Assembly: GCA_000182565.2 (NCBI GenBank)
Contig: KQ257451.1
Length of the DNA: 64,000 nt
Source of the DNA: Spizellomyces punctatus DAOM BR117
Lineage: Eukaryota
Reading direction: 5' to 3' (one strand)
Positions 40,498 through 53,151 of this stretch are shown in pieces. How positions within the stretch are numbered: the stretch's first letter is position 1; every line of letters begins with the position of its first letter. Under the pieces are notes generated by a model. The model saw only the letters and a list, made by a program, of their open reading frames with translations, ran no database searches and was not told the origin of the DNA. Position numbers and translations under genes: made by a program.

Positions 40498-42133
40498 TTA
40501 AGAGGACGAATGGTATTGAATCATCCCTATCGATGCAACTATTAGCGCTGGCGTGAATTAGCGAAATTTCCATTACAAGGCTCACCAAACTTTCCGTTGA
40601 CCATCCAACCCTTATCTTCAGCAGTAAGTTGCTCAGCTTGCCCAGGTTTCAGTCCAACTGCGACATCGCTTTTGCAAGTTCGGAGTAAGAGGAGTGGCGG
40701 AGTCTTATCATTCGCTAAGGGGCCCAGGGCTTCCTTGAATGGCGTGGTTACTGGCCATTCCGCGTCATAAACAGCTTTGCGATAATTCAAGTCGCCCTTG
40801 AAGATCAAGAAATCCGATCGACACATATATTCGTAGATATGCTTTCCTGCAGTGGGAAGCTGCCAAAAAGGATATGGCAACGTCCAGAATGGATCTACTC
40901 TGACTTCCCAGGTGCCGTCCGCAAGCAATGCTCGCCATTTCTCCAACCGATGGAGCAGAATAGCGTTATTAGTTGCGCGTGCATGGTTTTCCACTGCGTC
41001 CAAAGTCCATTTGAAATCTCTGTGGGTGGTATCGCTGACGAACCATGGGAAGGCCTTTGCATGGAACACTATTTTGGCCGCAGTACTCGAATGCACAAGC
41101 CAATCTGCGAGACACAGATCCGCAAACAGCTCAAAACCTACAGATGGGTTGGATTATCTGGACTTTCTGATTAGGCATCTGGCAAACTCTCACCTGCATT
41201 ATCCAAGATGATGTCGACCCTCCCGCGTTTGATGCCCTCCAGTCGTTGAAGAACTTTTTCCAGGTCGTTAACAATGACCTTTTCTTCAACCTTTGCCAAG
41301 CTTCCGGCCGATGTCGTCTGCATCGCGTGTATATCGGCGTGAGTCACGTTGATAAGCAGAGACAGGTCTGTTTGATTGCCCCATAGGGAAAACTATGCAG
41401 AGAGACTTAATTCAAAGGTGCTGCATTATTGCTACAAAATAACGCACTTGCAGGAATTCTTTCAAAATTGCCTTTCGCTCCAATTCGTTGGTTAGCGACA
41501 GCTCTACGTCATGGAGGTGCTTCCCAAGCTCCTCCACGGATTTGAGTGATCCAAATAGAGCCGGCTAAAGGAGGAGATGTCATTGAACCGCTCTATAGTA
41601 TTTGATCATTCAATAACATACGATGAACAATGAAAGTCACCTCCTTCTGCTGTGCGGCAAACACATCAAAATCCTTCCAATATTTAGTTCGACTAAATAT
41701 CTCGCGAATTTTTCTGTACTAGAGTGGACTGTTCAGTCAGAATCATTATTGGCCGACAGCTTGCAATAGTCACCATGTAGCACTCGACAAAGAGCCAAGG
41801 CGCCGAGAACCAAGTCTTCTTGTCCTTGGCAACCGCCCCTAGCAGGAAGTTCCAGGTTTCCGCATCCTCTTCCGAATCCCGAAGGATATCTAAGGGACGA
41901 TCCCTCTGTAGCTCATATGTCAGTTTGCTCAACTGAGATATGCAGTCCTTGGCTTCCGCAGTTTTCTCGGCGGGATAGTCATCTGTCTCGGCATGCAGGG
42001 TTCGCGTAAGAGTGTCGATGGCTTTTGTCAATATGACGGGAAGCCTGTCCTTCACCGTAACATATGCAAACGATCCTTTGACCTCGCCCCTTAGGGGTAA
42101 GACGTTTGGAGGAAGCTCCGCGAGACGCTCCAT
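40498..42133 (-). CDS. ARMT1: ARMT1/DUF89 damage-control phosphatase
   Basis: SFAYVTVKDRLPVILTKAID, WFSAPWLFVECY, LWGNQTDLSL, IILDNAGFELFADL, KAFPWFVSDT, IFKGDLNYRK, LRTCKSD, GKFGMIQY. Confidence 0.93.
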
Positions 42134-42206
42134 GTCTCAAATGACGACAAAAAACCCGCTTACCAGTCCGATCGCTTCGTCCTGTCAAATGTCACACTAA
42201 ATGAGC

Positions 42207-42214
42207 TGACGTCA
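42207..42214. promoter_or_regulatory. Perfect CRE palindrome TGACGTCA in the ARMT1/DUF1206 divergent promoter
   Basis: Seen directly in the 187-bp gap between the two start codons; ATF/CREB binding is inferred. Confidence 0.4.
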
Positions 42215-42320
42215 CGTAATTATTGACTCCACAGCCACATGCGGACTTTGGGATGAAATTGAAATAGCACACATTGCTTTTGGTTTTCCACTCGCATATC
42301 AGCTTTTGAACAAGACGCAA

Positions 42321-43899
42321 ATGGGGAGAAGAATAACTCCAGATCATGAAGAGATGCGATATGATCCTGGTAGTAAAGATGTTGACTTGGAGAGTGGGTG
42401 TGTATCTTATTTGACGGCTGCCTTTGGAATGTCACGCCGTCTCATTGCTTTACGGCAGACGACAATCTCCCCAGATCAAGATAGGGGAAAGTAGGCCTAG
42501 TACAGCGAGCTCTACTGTGACGTACAATTCGGAGGATTTCCGCCATCCACCGAACGCCGTTGAAATCGATCCAAAGCATAAACCTGCCGTTAAAGTCTTT
42601 GGTAGAGTCGGGTTCGTTGCGAAATCGATCATCGTGCGTTCCAGTGCTGAGATTACCAGATCGTGTGCTCTGAATTGTAGCTAACGGATTTATGCAGTAC
42701 GGTGTATTAGGAGGACTCCTGATCAGAAACGCCGCGGGTGGTGGGGAAGATTCGTCACCACAGGGGGTCTTTGTCCTAGTCGGCGACAACGCTGTCGGAA
42801 TTCCCTTATTGGTTGTCCTCGCCGTCGCCCTCGTATTTTACTGCATCTGGAGATTGTATGTGCACTTACGGATTTGGATTCATTCTGAACGTGTTCTAAT
42901 TGAAACAGCTGGGAGGCATTCCAAGGTCAAGGATCGGATGCTACGTTCTCGCAAAAAAAGAATTTCTTCAAGTACCGAGTCTCGCCATTTGTTTCTGGTG
43001 CTGTGTATACTGCCTACAGTAGGTAACCCTTCTCAACCAAATTGGGTTCTACAACGCTGCTTACTTGTCACTCGATAGCGTACTATGTCATACGAACAAT
43101 CTTCACAACTCGTAGCCAGAGAGATGCACAACAGGGAACAGAAATAACTCAAAGTTCCTTTCCAGGTATGCAATGTGTCTGGGATGTCCCTCGGTCACAT
43201 AACTAAGAGGCATCCTGTGTAAAATGATAGACAGCTGGGCGTCTTCCGGTTCACTGGGGAAATTTGGCGTCTGCTTCTTTGGCCTTGTCTTTCTTTTAGC
43301 CACCTTCATACAGTTCCAAGTTGCATATACGGGGAGCTTTAAGCGGGACTTGTATCAGAACAAACTGGAGAACAAATGGATTAGACGGCTGAGTGAGTCT
43401 TTGAGCTTTCTATCGATGCGCTTACGACAAAGTATTGAGATCGATTCAGTTCACGGACTAGGCCACATTGGGTTCACCGCAAGAGGTCTTGTGTTCTTGC
43501 TAGTTGCCATCCTCATGTTCCGGAGTGCCGCAGGTGGGGACGGAGCGAGTGCAGATAAAAATCACAGTGTCACAGGCAAGGCTGTGGAAACCCTTACGGT
43601 ATGCAGCGTAGGTAGCCCCTCAGTGAAGAGCATATAAATTAAAGCTTCTGTTTGCTAGGGTAACTGGTGGGGTAGGACAATTTTAGTGCTGCTGGGAGTC
43701 GGGTTACTACTATATGCTCTTTTCGCATTGACAAATGTGTACTATAAGGTAGGTGGTCGTATCTACCATCGCAACCAAGTAAGTCCATATAGTGATAAAT
43801 ACCCAACATTAGATCTTTCCGACACCACCACCATCTCGAAAGCCTGCCGTCTCTGATGAACCGCAAGAAGGGCCGGAGACATCGGAAGCACATCACTAA
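42321..43899 (+). CDS. DUF1206-family multi-pass membrane protein, about 9 exons
   Basis: Repeated units GRVGFVAKSIIYGVLGG...YCIWRFWEAF and GHIGFTARGLVFLLVAIL...GRTILVLLGVGLLLYALF, typical of DUF1206. Confidence 0.75.
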
Positions 43900-44598
43900 C
43901 CCGCAATTTTGTGAAAAAAAAGAATTTTATCTATTTTTTGGTTTAGTAATCGTAGTTACAGAAGTGTATCATTATTCACATGATGTGTATGAAAGACATT
44001 TAAATTTATAAAGCGACATTTGAAAGTGTATCGTTGCTGCAAACGTGCCCCTTTATTGTACAGTCGTATGTCCAACTCCACAGATCGATTGCCAATGCAG
44101 TCTTTTTAAGCTGGAAAATAGTACATTCCAGTCCCATAACTTATGCGTGTCATCACAATGCTGAGGCAGCGAACGATTTCAGAAGAGCATCCATTCCAAT
44201 CTGCATAGTGCATGTGCAAGAGTTGTTAGGTAATGGCGGAGTAGTTGACGTTATTTATTGCCCTTTCTGCGGATAGGGTTTCCATGATTCTATTGCTTTA
44301 TCGTCTACCCGGAAACCTTCTACACCGCATGCTGCGCGCACGCTCGAAGTCCGACGCGGCCGTTAAAACACCTTTGGAACGCTTACGTATGCGCGACCTA
44401 GTTACAAGAACGCGCGGGAATCCTGGCAGGCCTTCGTTCCGAGGCTTCTCTATTATGCAGGTCTGATTTTCGGGGCGGGGCGAAAAATGCTACAAGCATA
44501 AAAGTCGTCCTTTCCCTCTTCTCCCCTCACTTGGTTCCCTCTCCGTGCTGGTATCCAAGTGTATTTAGAGAGTTGCCATCGAAATAACTGTTGCAAAC

Positions 44599-45494
44599 AT
44601 GTCGCCCAATATGAGCTTCACCTGCAGTCTCACCTTTGCACTGTTGTTGCTCCTGTGTATCCCATTGATTGATGCTCGACCGCGTCCAGCCGAAGTCGAG
44701 CGTCGGCAATTGGTCAGTTCCGTCGTGACTCTCACGCTGATCAGTCCCACTAGTCCGTCAAGTGCTTCTGTTGAGCCGACTACCGAGCCAACCACCACGA
44801 CCACTGCCACTACCACTACTACTGAGTGGACTGCGACCACCACTACGGTAGCAACGTCTCCGACTCCCACGTGTACGCCTGGTGAACCCGCCGCCGGATC
44901 ATGGCTTGACTCCATTTTTGGCCAAGGTCTGGATCGGATCCTGATGAACACCGCGAGTGTGTATAACAGCAGAATCTTCCCAGTGTTGCAAAAATGCGAC
45001 GTTATCAAGTCGGATGTTGATGAAGATCGTAAGTTGCCTCGTTATCCGCATAAGTCATGTTAACTTTAGTTAAATTCGCGCTTTGTGATGCAGTACAACG
45101 CTTTTACTTTCTCTACCACCTGGCCCAAAATCTAATTCACGAACCAGCTCTTACCGGAAACCTGACCGCACAAGGCATTCTGAGCGATGCCATATGCGAT
45201 GTTTTGGAGGCTGTACACAGCCTGATGAGTCTCGTCGATTTCTACGGAAACTCTTCCTGCACCAGTAATCTTGTGTCGGTCGCCGAGAACGGCATGTCCG
45301 TAGGAATCTGGCCATGCTTGCAAGATTCTTATCCCGGGGACGGATCGAATAAACCCTTCCTGTTCCCTCAAGCTGATCTCGAAACGAAGAAGCCAGATGT
45401 AATTGCAATCGCACAGGGCTTTGGTTGCCGTGGAAATGTGGTCAAAAGAATGATGAAAAGGTCGGAGATCCTGAGTGGCGTACAGCGGATTTAG
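44599..45494 (+). CDS. Secreted protein with Thr-rich linker and Cys-containing C-terminal domain, 2 exons
   Basis: Signal peptide (FALLLLLCIPLIDA), RR processing site, T/P/S-rich tract; intron GTAAGT at about 45029-45093 joins in phase. Confidence 0.7.
44770..44880 (+). repeat. Low-complexity ACN-codon tract encoding EPTTEPTTTTTATTTTTEWTATTTT
   Basis: Visible acc/act/acg reiteration within the secreted protein ORF. Confidence 0.7.
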
Positions 45495-45897
45495 ATTAAA
45501 GCGCAGAGGAGAAAGTGATGAAACACTAGATGTAGTTGATATGTGTATATGTGTGCTTACCTGCGTTCTATTTATACTTAAGCTTTAATGTTAATAATAC
45601 TTTTGTGTCATCGGTCGACTTCGCATGTGCAGATGTAAATGCCAAGATTGGTGAGCTGCTCGCAACTAGTGGTCACAATAGTAGACGCTTTAAGCTGGAA
45701 TTTATTGAGAGTATTTCCAATATACCATATTATTCATCTGCGTGGAATTTGCTATTAACTACATCAGTAGAGTCCTATGATTAATCTACAATCTACTTAG
45801 TCTACAAAAGGAAGTAACCACATAGTTCTAGTACTATAGAATCATCGGAAAGAGCCGGCTTTCCGCTTGCGGGGTCATAGAGACAATATTAGAACTA

Positions 45898-46614
45898 TTA
45901 GATGATAAATGTTGTCGCAAGGACACCCGCAATGACCAACAGGGTAGAGGCAGCAGCTGCGTGTCTAGTAGCCGAGTTTTGTCCTAGTAGAACCGAATAT
46001 ACACCACATTAGCTATGCTTGATATCCCGCCAAACCTTTACAAGGAACTTACTTTTGGTTTCAGGCCATGGGTTGGCAGCAGTAACACCAACATCTGTTG
46101 TTACCATCTTGAAGCCCTGATTTCCTCCTTGCACAACAATGCCGTAAAACTTGATAGAGTCATTGAGCGGTCGCACTGGGGGAAGCCATTTGAAAGTAAC
46201 TGGGAGATTCTTTTGCTTGTCACTCTTTGAGCTCAAAGTAGCCCCCTTCCCGTAACTTCCACATCCCGCAGGATCGGCCTTCTCGTCATTGCCATCCAAT
46301 GTCGTATAGTCATCGCCGTTGAGTTCGACCCAGGTGCCAGTGTGGTTCTGGTAGTACTGGGACTGTGCAGCGTACAGAACGATTTCTGTGTACGAAGCAA
46401 TTCCAGAAATTGTTACTTCGATAGGTGTGTTAGGATCATAGGTTTTTATGCCCTGAGGAAGATGGACAGAATATGGGAGAGCCGCTTTGTGCTCGCCATA
46501 GGACTTTAGGCTAAAGGCCTTGTTGGTGTCCGCTGTGCAGATCTTGAATGCACCTGCGGCTTCCGCAGATGCGAGAAGTGGGAGGAGGAGTAGAGGAACA
46601 GTGAGAAACTGCAT
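45898..46614 (-). CDS. Secreted, probably GPI-anchored Reeler-domain protein, 2 exons
   Basis: Signal peptide; YDPNTPIEVTI..IVLYA..HTGTW..CG..TLS..K..VTFKWLPP..IKFYGIVV (reeler-like); last exon RQNSATRHAAAASTLLVIAGVLATTFII* (GPI-type signal). Confidence 0.7.
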
Positions 46615-47273
46615 GATATTCTATGAGGTTCCGTTGAAGGCGGAGGAGAAGGAATGGGGACTGGGGGGAATGGGGAGAGATGACGGACAAAGAAAACCTG
46701 ACAGTGAAACGACAAAAGCACAACGTCAGCAAGCCGTTTCGACGATCGCGTACAATTGCTTACACAAGCCGGTTTGAGTGTGCAGTTGTGGATTGATGGT
46801 TTCATAAAGAAAATTGAGCAAATGGGACGACGACGTTGAAAAGCGACGGCGACGACAGCGGGGTGAATCACAAATCACAATTGACCCTATTGGGAGGGAC
46901 TCGCAGTTAACATTGATGGCCCATCAGGACCTATGAGGACCCATCAAGTCCATGTAGGAAGGGTTGCTAGGGAATCGAGCGGACATGACATGTCCACAGC
47001 GCTCCAGGTGCATTTCGCCTAATTGCAGCCAGTAAGATAAAAGTCATCCCAACGCCCAAAGGGGCTAGTATAAGGATCCATTGCCAGTTTTCCCGTATTC
47101 ACAACAGCATTCAACCTAATGAACTGAATCATGCGTCCCATTGCATGGCGGGCTGACGCGTTGTCGCGTTTCTGAGGTAATAAGGCAAGTGACGGACATC
47201 GCAGGCGGAACTGTGAGACGAAACACTTCCGCAATTGCTATTTTCATCTCTATTGAATCATATTCAGTTGGCC

Positions 47274-48270
47274 ATGGTAGACACAAACCCACCCCCAACG
47301 AACTCTGCAGATCCAGCTTCAGACCTCTATGACCAGAACCAACTGACCCTTCCCCCAAATGCCCTCCAAACTTTAATCTACGAACACCTGGTCCACAACT
47401 GCTATAGCGAAACCGCTAGAGCTTTCAATGCATCTTGTCGCATTGATTCCCATTTCGGCCCGGATGAAAAACGGCTTGAGTTGGACGACGACGGAGATGT
47501 TGAAATGAGTGAAGGGGTGACGGCGGCGCAAACCCTCGAGCCTCGGAAAAGAGTGTGGGAAATGATAGTCAAGGGGCAAATTCCAGAAGCGATTGAGTTC
47601 TGTAATGATGCTTTTCCTGGGGTGCTGGACGGGACAACAAAGGAGAGTGTGGATATTCTTTTTGAATTGCAATGTCAGAGATTTGTGGAGTGTGTCAGAC
47701 AAAGGTGCGCGGTGGATGCCCTGGCATTTGCACAAGAAGGTACTGTGGAAGTGGACGTCCATGCTGCAGTTGTGGTTCCCTTCTTTACTGACTACCTTTT
47801 TTTCTGGCCTTTAACGTACAGAACTTGGAAAATTCATTTTCCATGGACCACAGTACTTGACTGCTCTGAACCGCATCATTGCGTTGATAGCGTATGCAGA
47901 TCCAGAAACATCTCCAGTTGCCGAATTTTTGTCACAGAAACGGCGAGAGGAAGTTGCAACCATGTTGAATAGCTATATTTTGTGTTAGTACTCTGTCCCG
48001 TATTCTGGCGAATTTCAAAGCTCAACTATGTTGCATCATGTAGCGTACCACAGCCTGCCGCCAACAACGACAATGGAACGTATTGTTCGTCAAGCGACGG
48101 TCGTGCGGGAGGCATTAGGAGAGGCACCGAAGGATGGGAAGAAGAGCGGGAAGGTAAGAGCGGCTTGCTCTTTCCTGATATGATTTGGATATTGAATTTT
48201 CTTCCCTTGTGAACAGCCACAACATCCTAAATGGCAGCTTTCAATACTGGTGGGTGAGGCGGGTGTATAG
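47274..48270 (+). CDS. LisH-CTLH-CRA protein (GID8-like, GID/CTLH E3 complex)
   Basis: LQTLIYEHLVHNCYSETARAF (LisH); RKRVWEMIVKGQIPEAIE..ILFELQCQRFVE (CTLH); ALIAYADPETSPVAEFLSQKRREEVATMLN (CRA). Confidence 0.85.
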
Positions 48271-49026
48271 ATGTTGTGACAAGACTTTTTCAAACTATTT
48301 TCGGTATTGGGCTCAAATTCCGTACGAGTTGTGTTTCGAGTCCGGTATCTATGTCTGCGACGCATGTCCTACCTATCGCCGACGGGTACTACCCAGTGTC
48401 ATGTCATGCTTTACCCTTTTGGGTTGTTTTCATTCGTCATTTGCAGAAGTTGCAATAGATTGACCACCGCTGGATTGACATACAATCATTGCCCGTACAC
48501 TAGTTGGTGTATAAGGAAACAAAGTTCTCTCAATGTGGCACACACCAATCAACCCATTATTTGATTCTATTGCAAAGTCAGTGTATTTCGCTTACAGATC
48601 CAGTCAAGCTTGCTAAAGCGGACAGGATAACACTGGTTATCTTGGCTGCCACATTATGGTCAAATGATGCCCTTCAAAATGGCAAGGAAAGGTGAGACGA
48701 AATGCCGTAAGTTTGGTAGTCCGCAACCTGAGACGCCAGATAAGGTGCGAGATAGGTGCGCCCGGTCAGCCGGTGCAGTGCTTTCGGTAGTTGACTCCTT
48801 GGCGTCCCAATATTGGATGTAAGGGAATTTTGTAGTGTAATGAACATTGTATAGACATGTCGTAATGACTGATCGCGTCCTTCGCGTAATCCGGTCTCGT
48901 GCTGGTGGACCCTTTCAAATGTAACTTTCGTTAAACATTTGTGCACAGAACAACGTCGAAATTACCTTGTTGCTTTGATATTCTTGTTCCTGAAAACCAA
49001 ACCTCAACCACTACAGGCCGTATAGC

Positions 49027-50017
49027 ATGTGGCTACGTCGGAACGCTCCTATTCGCGACCGTGTGGATGCTGGAAACCAGCTCGCCAGTGACCAACGTCT
49101 CCAAAAATATGCAGGACGAGGGACAGATACCATCATTCTTGCGCTGCCCAGAGGGGGTGTTCCCGTCGCATTTGAGTAGGGTGTTCAAGACAGCAGCAGT
49201 GTCATTCAGTCAGCGTCACTCACAGCCTTGACATATCTGCAGAATGGCAAAGAAATTGAACGTGCCCTTAGATTTGATGTTAGTTAGGAAGCTCGGTATC
49301 CCTTTCCATGAAGAGACTGCAATGGGAGCAATGTAAGTGAGACGTGCTTATTCAGCACATACTTTCTCGTTATTGACCTTTGCTCTAACAGCGCCATGGG
49401 CGGGGTAACTTATATCAACGAAGAGTTTGTGTCGTCGCTGGGCATATCAAATGCTGATGTGCAGCGAGTCATCCGAAAAGAGGTTTGTGAAAGTGCTAGA
49501 TACTGCTGAGGGTGGCTGTAAAAAGTTGATCCCGTTGCCAGACCGAAGAGCTTCATCGGCGAAGTAAACACTATCGGGGGAACAAGCCGTATCCAATTCT
49601 GGCCGATAAGAACGTCATCATCGTTGATGGTAAGGGTCGGGGCCATCATCATCTGATTGTTCCGATGACTCACTTAATCCGCCAGACGGAGTCGCTACGG
49701 GGGCTACCTTGCGAGCTGCTATTCAAGCTGTCAAACAATTCAATCCCAAACAAGTTATTGCCGCCGCTCCAGTTGGAGCTCGGGACAGTTGCAGGGATCT
49801 GGCACAGGTTGCAGATGAGATGATCTGCTTGCATCAGCCTGAACCATTCAACGCTGTTGGGCTGTGGTATGTGAATTAATGTGGTGATGATCATAGTAAC
49901 TTGATCTAAGGCCAGCCGCCACTATCACATAGGTACGAAAGCTTCCCTCAGACTGAGGACGAAGAAGTGATGGAACTTCTTCGCAAGGCGGAACAATTTG
50001 GCAAACATGAAGAGTGA
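49027..50017 (+). CDS. Phosphoribosyltransferase of the prokaryotic COG1926 type, 6 exons (fragmented in the ORF track)
   Basis: Spliced: [91 protein letters not shown]; all five GT-AG introns are phase-consistent. Confidence 0.9.
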
Positions 50018-50429
50018 CATAGCTCAGCATTGGCGGTGGGCTAAGAGTATACTCTCGCGGCTTGTCTTCAGTTTCTTGCTCACATTCCCTTTGGGTATAT
50101 GCCTGGGCGTGTGTTTCAGCTACTTGTTCTTTTCTTCCGCCTAATGAATCGCTGGAAGAGAGTGGTAAACAATACGGATATAATTCATCATATCATCATC
50201 AAAATTCCAGTTGTACGTCTGAGCATGCGGGGGACGTGAAGCCCTCTAACTCATCGGGGAAGATGAGCTTGGGGCCAGATTTCTATTCTGATGGATGGAG
50301 CCAAGGTCAACAGTCACACCAAGGAGGGTCCGGAGAGATAGGATTGCCCACGCGAGCCACTTGCAGTGGATCGCAACCCTCCGACGTCAATCCTCAGTAC
50401 TGTTCTTGAAGTCCCGACTACCTATTGAT

Positions 50430-50933
50430 CTACTTCTTTTTAATACTAGACAGTGGTGCACCAATGTCTTTGCCGCGCAACTTCACGCCCAGAACCCGCT
50501 CCATCTTCGCCAAGACTTGCTGGTTTGGATTTGCTGCTTTCCCCGTTTCGTATTCGTTCACCACGGTTGCCTTTTCGTTGATTTTGGTAGCCAAGTCCTT
50601 CTGCGTCAATCCCTTTGCCTGTCGCGCCTGTTGAATTGCCTTCGCTACGGACAAGCCCAATCGTTCAACCGTGAAATCCTGAAAATGACTCATCGTCAAC
50701 ATGATGTTCCATTCGTACGTGATCCTTAGATGATGACATACCTCCGTCTCATTGTCAATCTTTGCAGCTTTTCCTGCATCAATCCCCGCACGCTGTGCAT
50801 TGGTTGTGGATTTCTTCTCTGATGTGACGGATCCACCACCTCGTCGTGCAGCGTTCACAGCCGATTCTGACTTGAGAGCTTTGCTGGTCTCAGGGCGCTT
50901 GCGAATCACGGTAACATCATCCCAGGAGCTCAT
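50430..50933 (-). CDS. MBF1: Multiprotein bridging factor 1
   Basis: WDDVTVIRK, AVNAARR, AKIDNETE, LTQKDLATKINEK..YETGKA..LAKMERVLGVKLRGKDIG; one in-frame intron. Confidence 0.96.
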   Translation of the reverse strand: MSSWDDVTVIRKRPETSKALKSESAVNAARRGGGSVTSEKKSTTNAQRAGIDAGKAAKIDNETEVCHHLRITYEWNIMLTMSHFQDFTVERLGLSVAKAIQQARQAKGLTQKDLATKINEKATVVNEYETGKAANPNQQVLAKMERVLGVKLRGKDIGAPLSSIKKK

Positions 50934-51932
50934 ATTGAGGATGTTTCAAGTGCTGTTCTGTTAAAATAAATGCGATGCTGAATCTAAGTTGCTGAGCGGC
51001 GATGTGGAGTTTGTAAGCTGGTTGCCAGGATCGCAATAGAAGGTGAGCGAAGTTGGGAGCTCGCAGTCATTCCTTTTAAGGAAGAATGATCGAATATGTC
51101 GCAGTAACTGCCACAACGTGACTGTACCTCCCGTTATCAGTAGACAAAGGACCTGTGTAGCAGAGAGCCAAATCAGAGCGAGAGCAGCTACTACTTGTCT
51201 CCAATTACGCTCTCCAGCCTGTAATCCCGTTGGGCAATAAACAAATGGTCAGCCGTGGCTTCACTTGGAGTCTGGCCAAGAAGTCTAGCATTAAGGGTTT
51301 ACAATCCTTCAACACTGTTTCGAGGGCTTCAATAAGACGGCGGTCAGAGGAAGGGAAAGTTATGTGCTTTTCTTACTCTTAACGCCACTCGCACTGTTTG
51401 TGTCATTTGTCGTTGTCGTTCATCATTATTCCAGCGTGGGTTCAAACATTTCGGCCCGGTGACAACCAGCCCGGATGAAGCTACCAGCTATTCCTAGGCA
51501 TAATTGCACATTCAATACATCCCGGTTGGTCTAACCTGGTAACTAGTGCCCACGGCCTTCTTCGTTGCAGATGCTGTAAGTCGAGGGAGGATAAAGAACA
51601 AGAGTGGGTATTATAGAGAAATGACTGGATACAATGAGAGCAACTGCAGAATGTTTCTCTCATCAGATAGCTGCTGAGAGCAATCAATGATTAATGGCCG
51701 CACGGGCAATAGGGGTCTGTCGTTATTGTTTATCTTCATGATGATCACGTGTTTATTCAATTGGCTGCATTTTCGCGACACTAGCGACCGGTCATAGTAA
51801 CGGGTGGCACAGCAACCATGTTCCAACAGGCTCTTTGCTACCAGCTGGAGATCACTAGCAAATTCAGACCTGTATTTAAGATTGTTACCAGTAGATCCTT
51901 TGGCATTCCTCAGTCTGACTGAAGAAAGAACG

Positions 51933-53066
51933 ATGGACGACAAAAAGGGCATAAAAAGAAAAAATGAGGAAGCGGAGACTATAGAGAATGTGGACTCAGC
52001 TTCAGGGGAAGAAGACCTCGACCAGGTAGGGGAAACTTTTACTGTATGGCTTTCAGTCTCTGGCTTTGAGCGACAACTTGATATTCAACGGCTCACACTC
52101 AGGATACTGTTGACGTTGATTTCGAATTCTTCGATCCCAAACCGATAGATTTTCACGGTCTCAAATCACTTCTCCGCCAAACCTTTTCCAATGACGCTGA
52201 GTTGATAAATATATCATCTCTGGCCGACATCATAATATCACAACCCGCCGTCGGTTCTACAGTCAAAGTTGACGACGAGCAGGACCCGTACGCACTCATG
52301 ACTGTTATCAATCTCGATATGCATAAGGATAAGGACTGCGTGAAGGAAATAAAAGGATGGCTGTTGGATAAATCAAAGAAGAATGATGCCGTGCATGGAC
52401 GAATGGTGCAGATCGTGGAGAAGGCGGGATTGATCTTTAACGAGCGGTTGATCAACATGCCTCCGCAAATTGTCCCGCCGATGCTGAAGATGTTACTTGA
52501 AGAGATGGAATGGGCTGTTGAAGATGTGAGTACCCATTGAGCTTTCAACAGTGGGAGTTGTAAAGTGCTCTGACGACTTGAATGGATGCAGGGTGAACCG
52601 TTTCGATTTGAATACTATATATATATCTCCAAGGTCTACAAGGAGATAGAGTCCACATTGGCCGAGGAGGATGGAGTGGTCATTGAAAGTTCAAAGAAGG
52701 GAAAGAAGAAAAGGGCAAAGACGGTAGGTTTGAATACACCGTAATTTTTGCCGCCAAGTAAGAGCCTTTGACGTTGTATTGTTGCAGAGCACGGAAACGA
52801 GTACCTTCTATTTTCAACCTGAGGATGAAATCATCCAAGAGGTGCGGTCCACGTTTAGTAAAACTACTAAGATGCACATTGACGTTTATCTTCAACAGCA
52901 CGCCGAGTTTTCATTTGATTTCAAGTTTGCAAAGGAAGCTCAGTCATCCGATTCCCGTCGAGCCTTTCAAGAGTATGGGATCGACCCATTGAGAAGAGTA
53001 TTTGTCATCAAGGCAGAAAAGATGAAAGCCGTTCTGGAGCAATTCGAGAGCATACTTAGTGCATAG
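51933..53066 (+). CDS. BCP1: BCP1/BCCIP (ribosome biogenesis chaperone)
   Basis: VDVDFEFFDP..DFHGLKSLLRQ, VGSTVKVDD, GLIFNERLINMPPQIVPPM, YFQPEDE. Confidence 0.93.
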
Positions 53067-53151
53067 CGACGGAAGGATGTGCTGCTGCAGGTGAATATCC
53101 TACAGGATAGTCCACTATTGTACATAGTCAACATGTTTCTAGAGCTGGGTT

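Noticed and set aside
40400-40500. Alternative ARMT1 C-terminus ending ...RLRL as a cryptic PTS1
   Set aside because: LRL is not a canonical PTS1, and the proximal exon gives the conserved GKFGMIQY end.
44330-44490. CGCG-rich cluster resembling E2F/MBF sites
   Set aside because: No exact consensus match; could simply be a GC-rich promoter.
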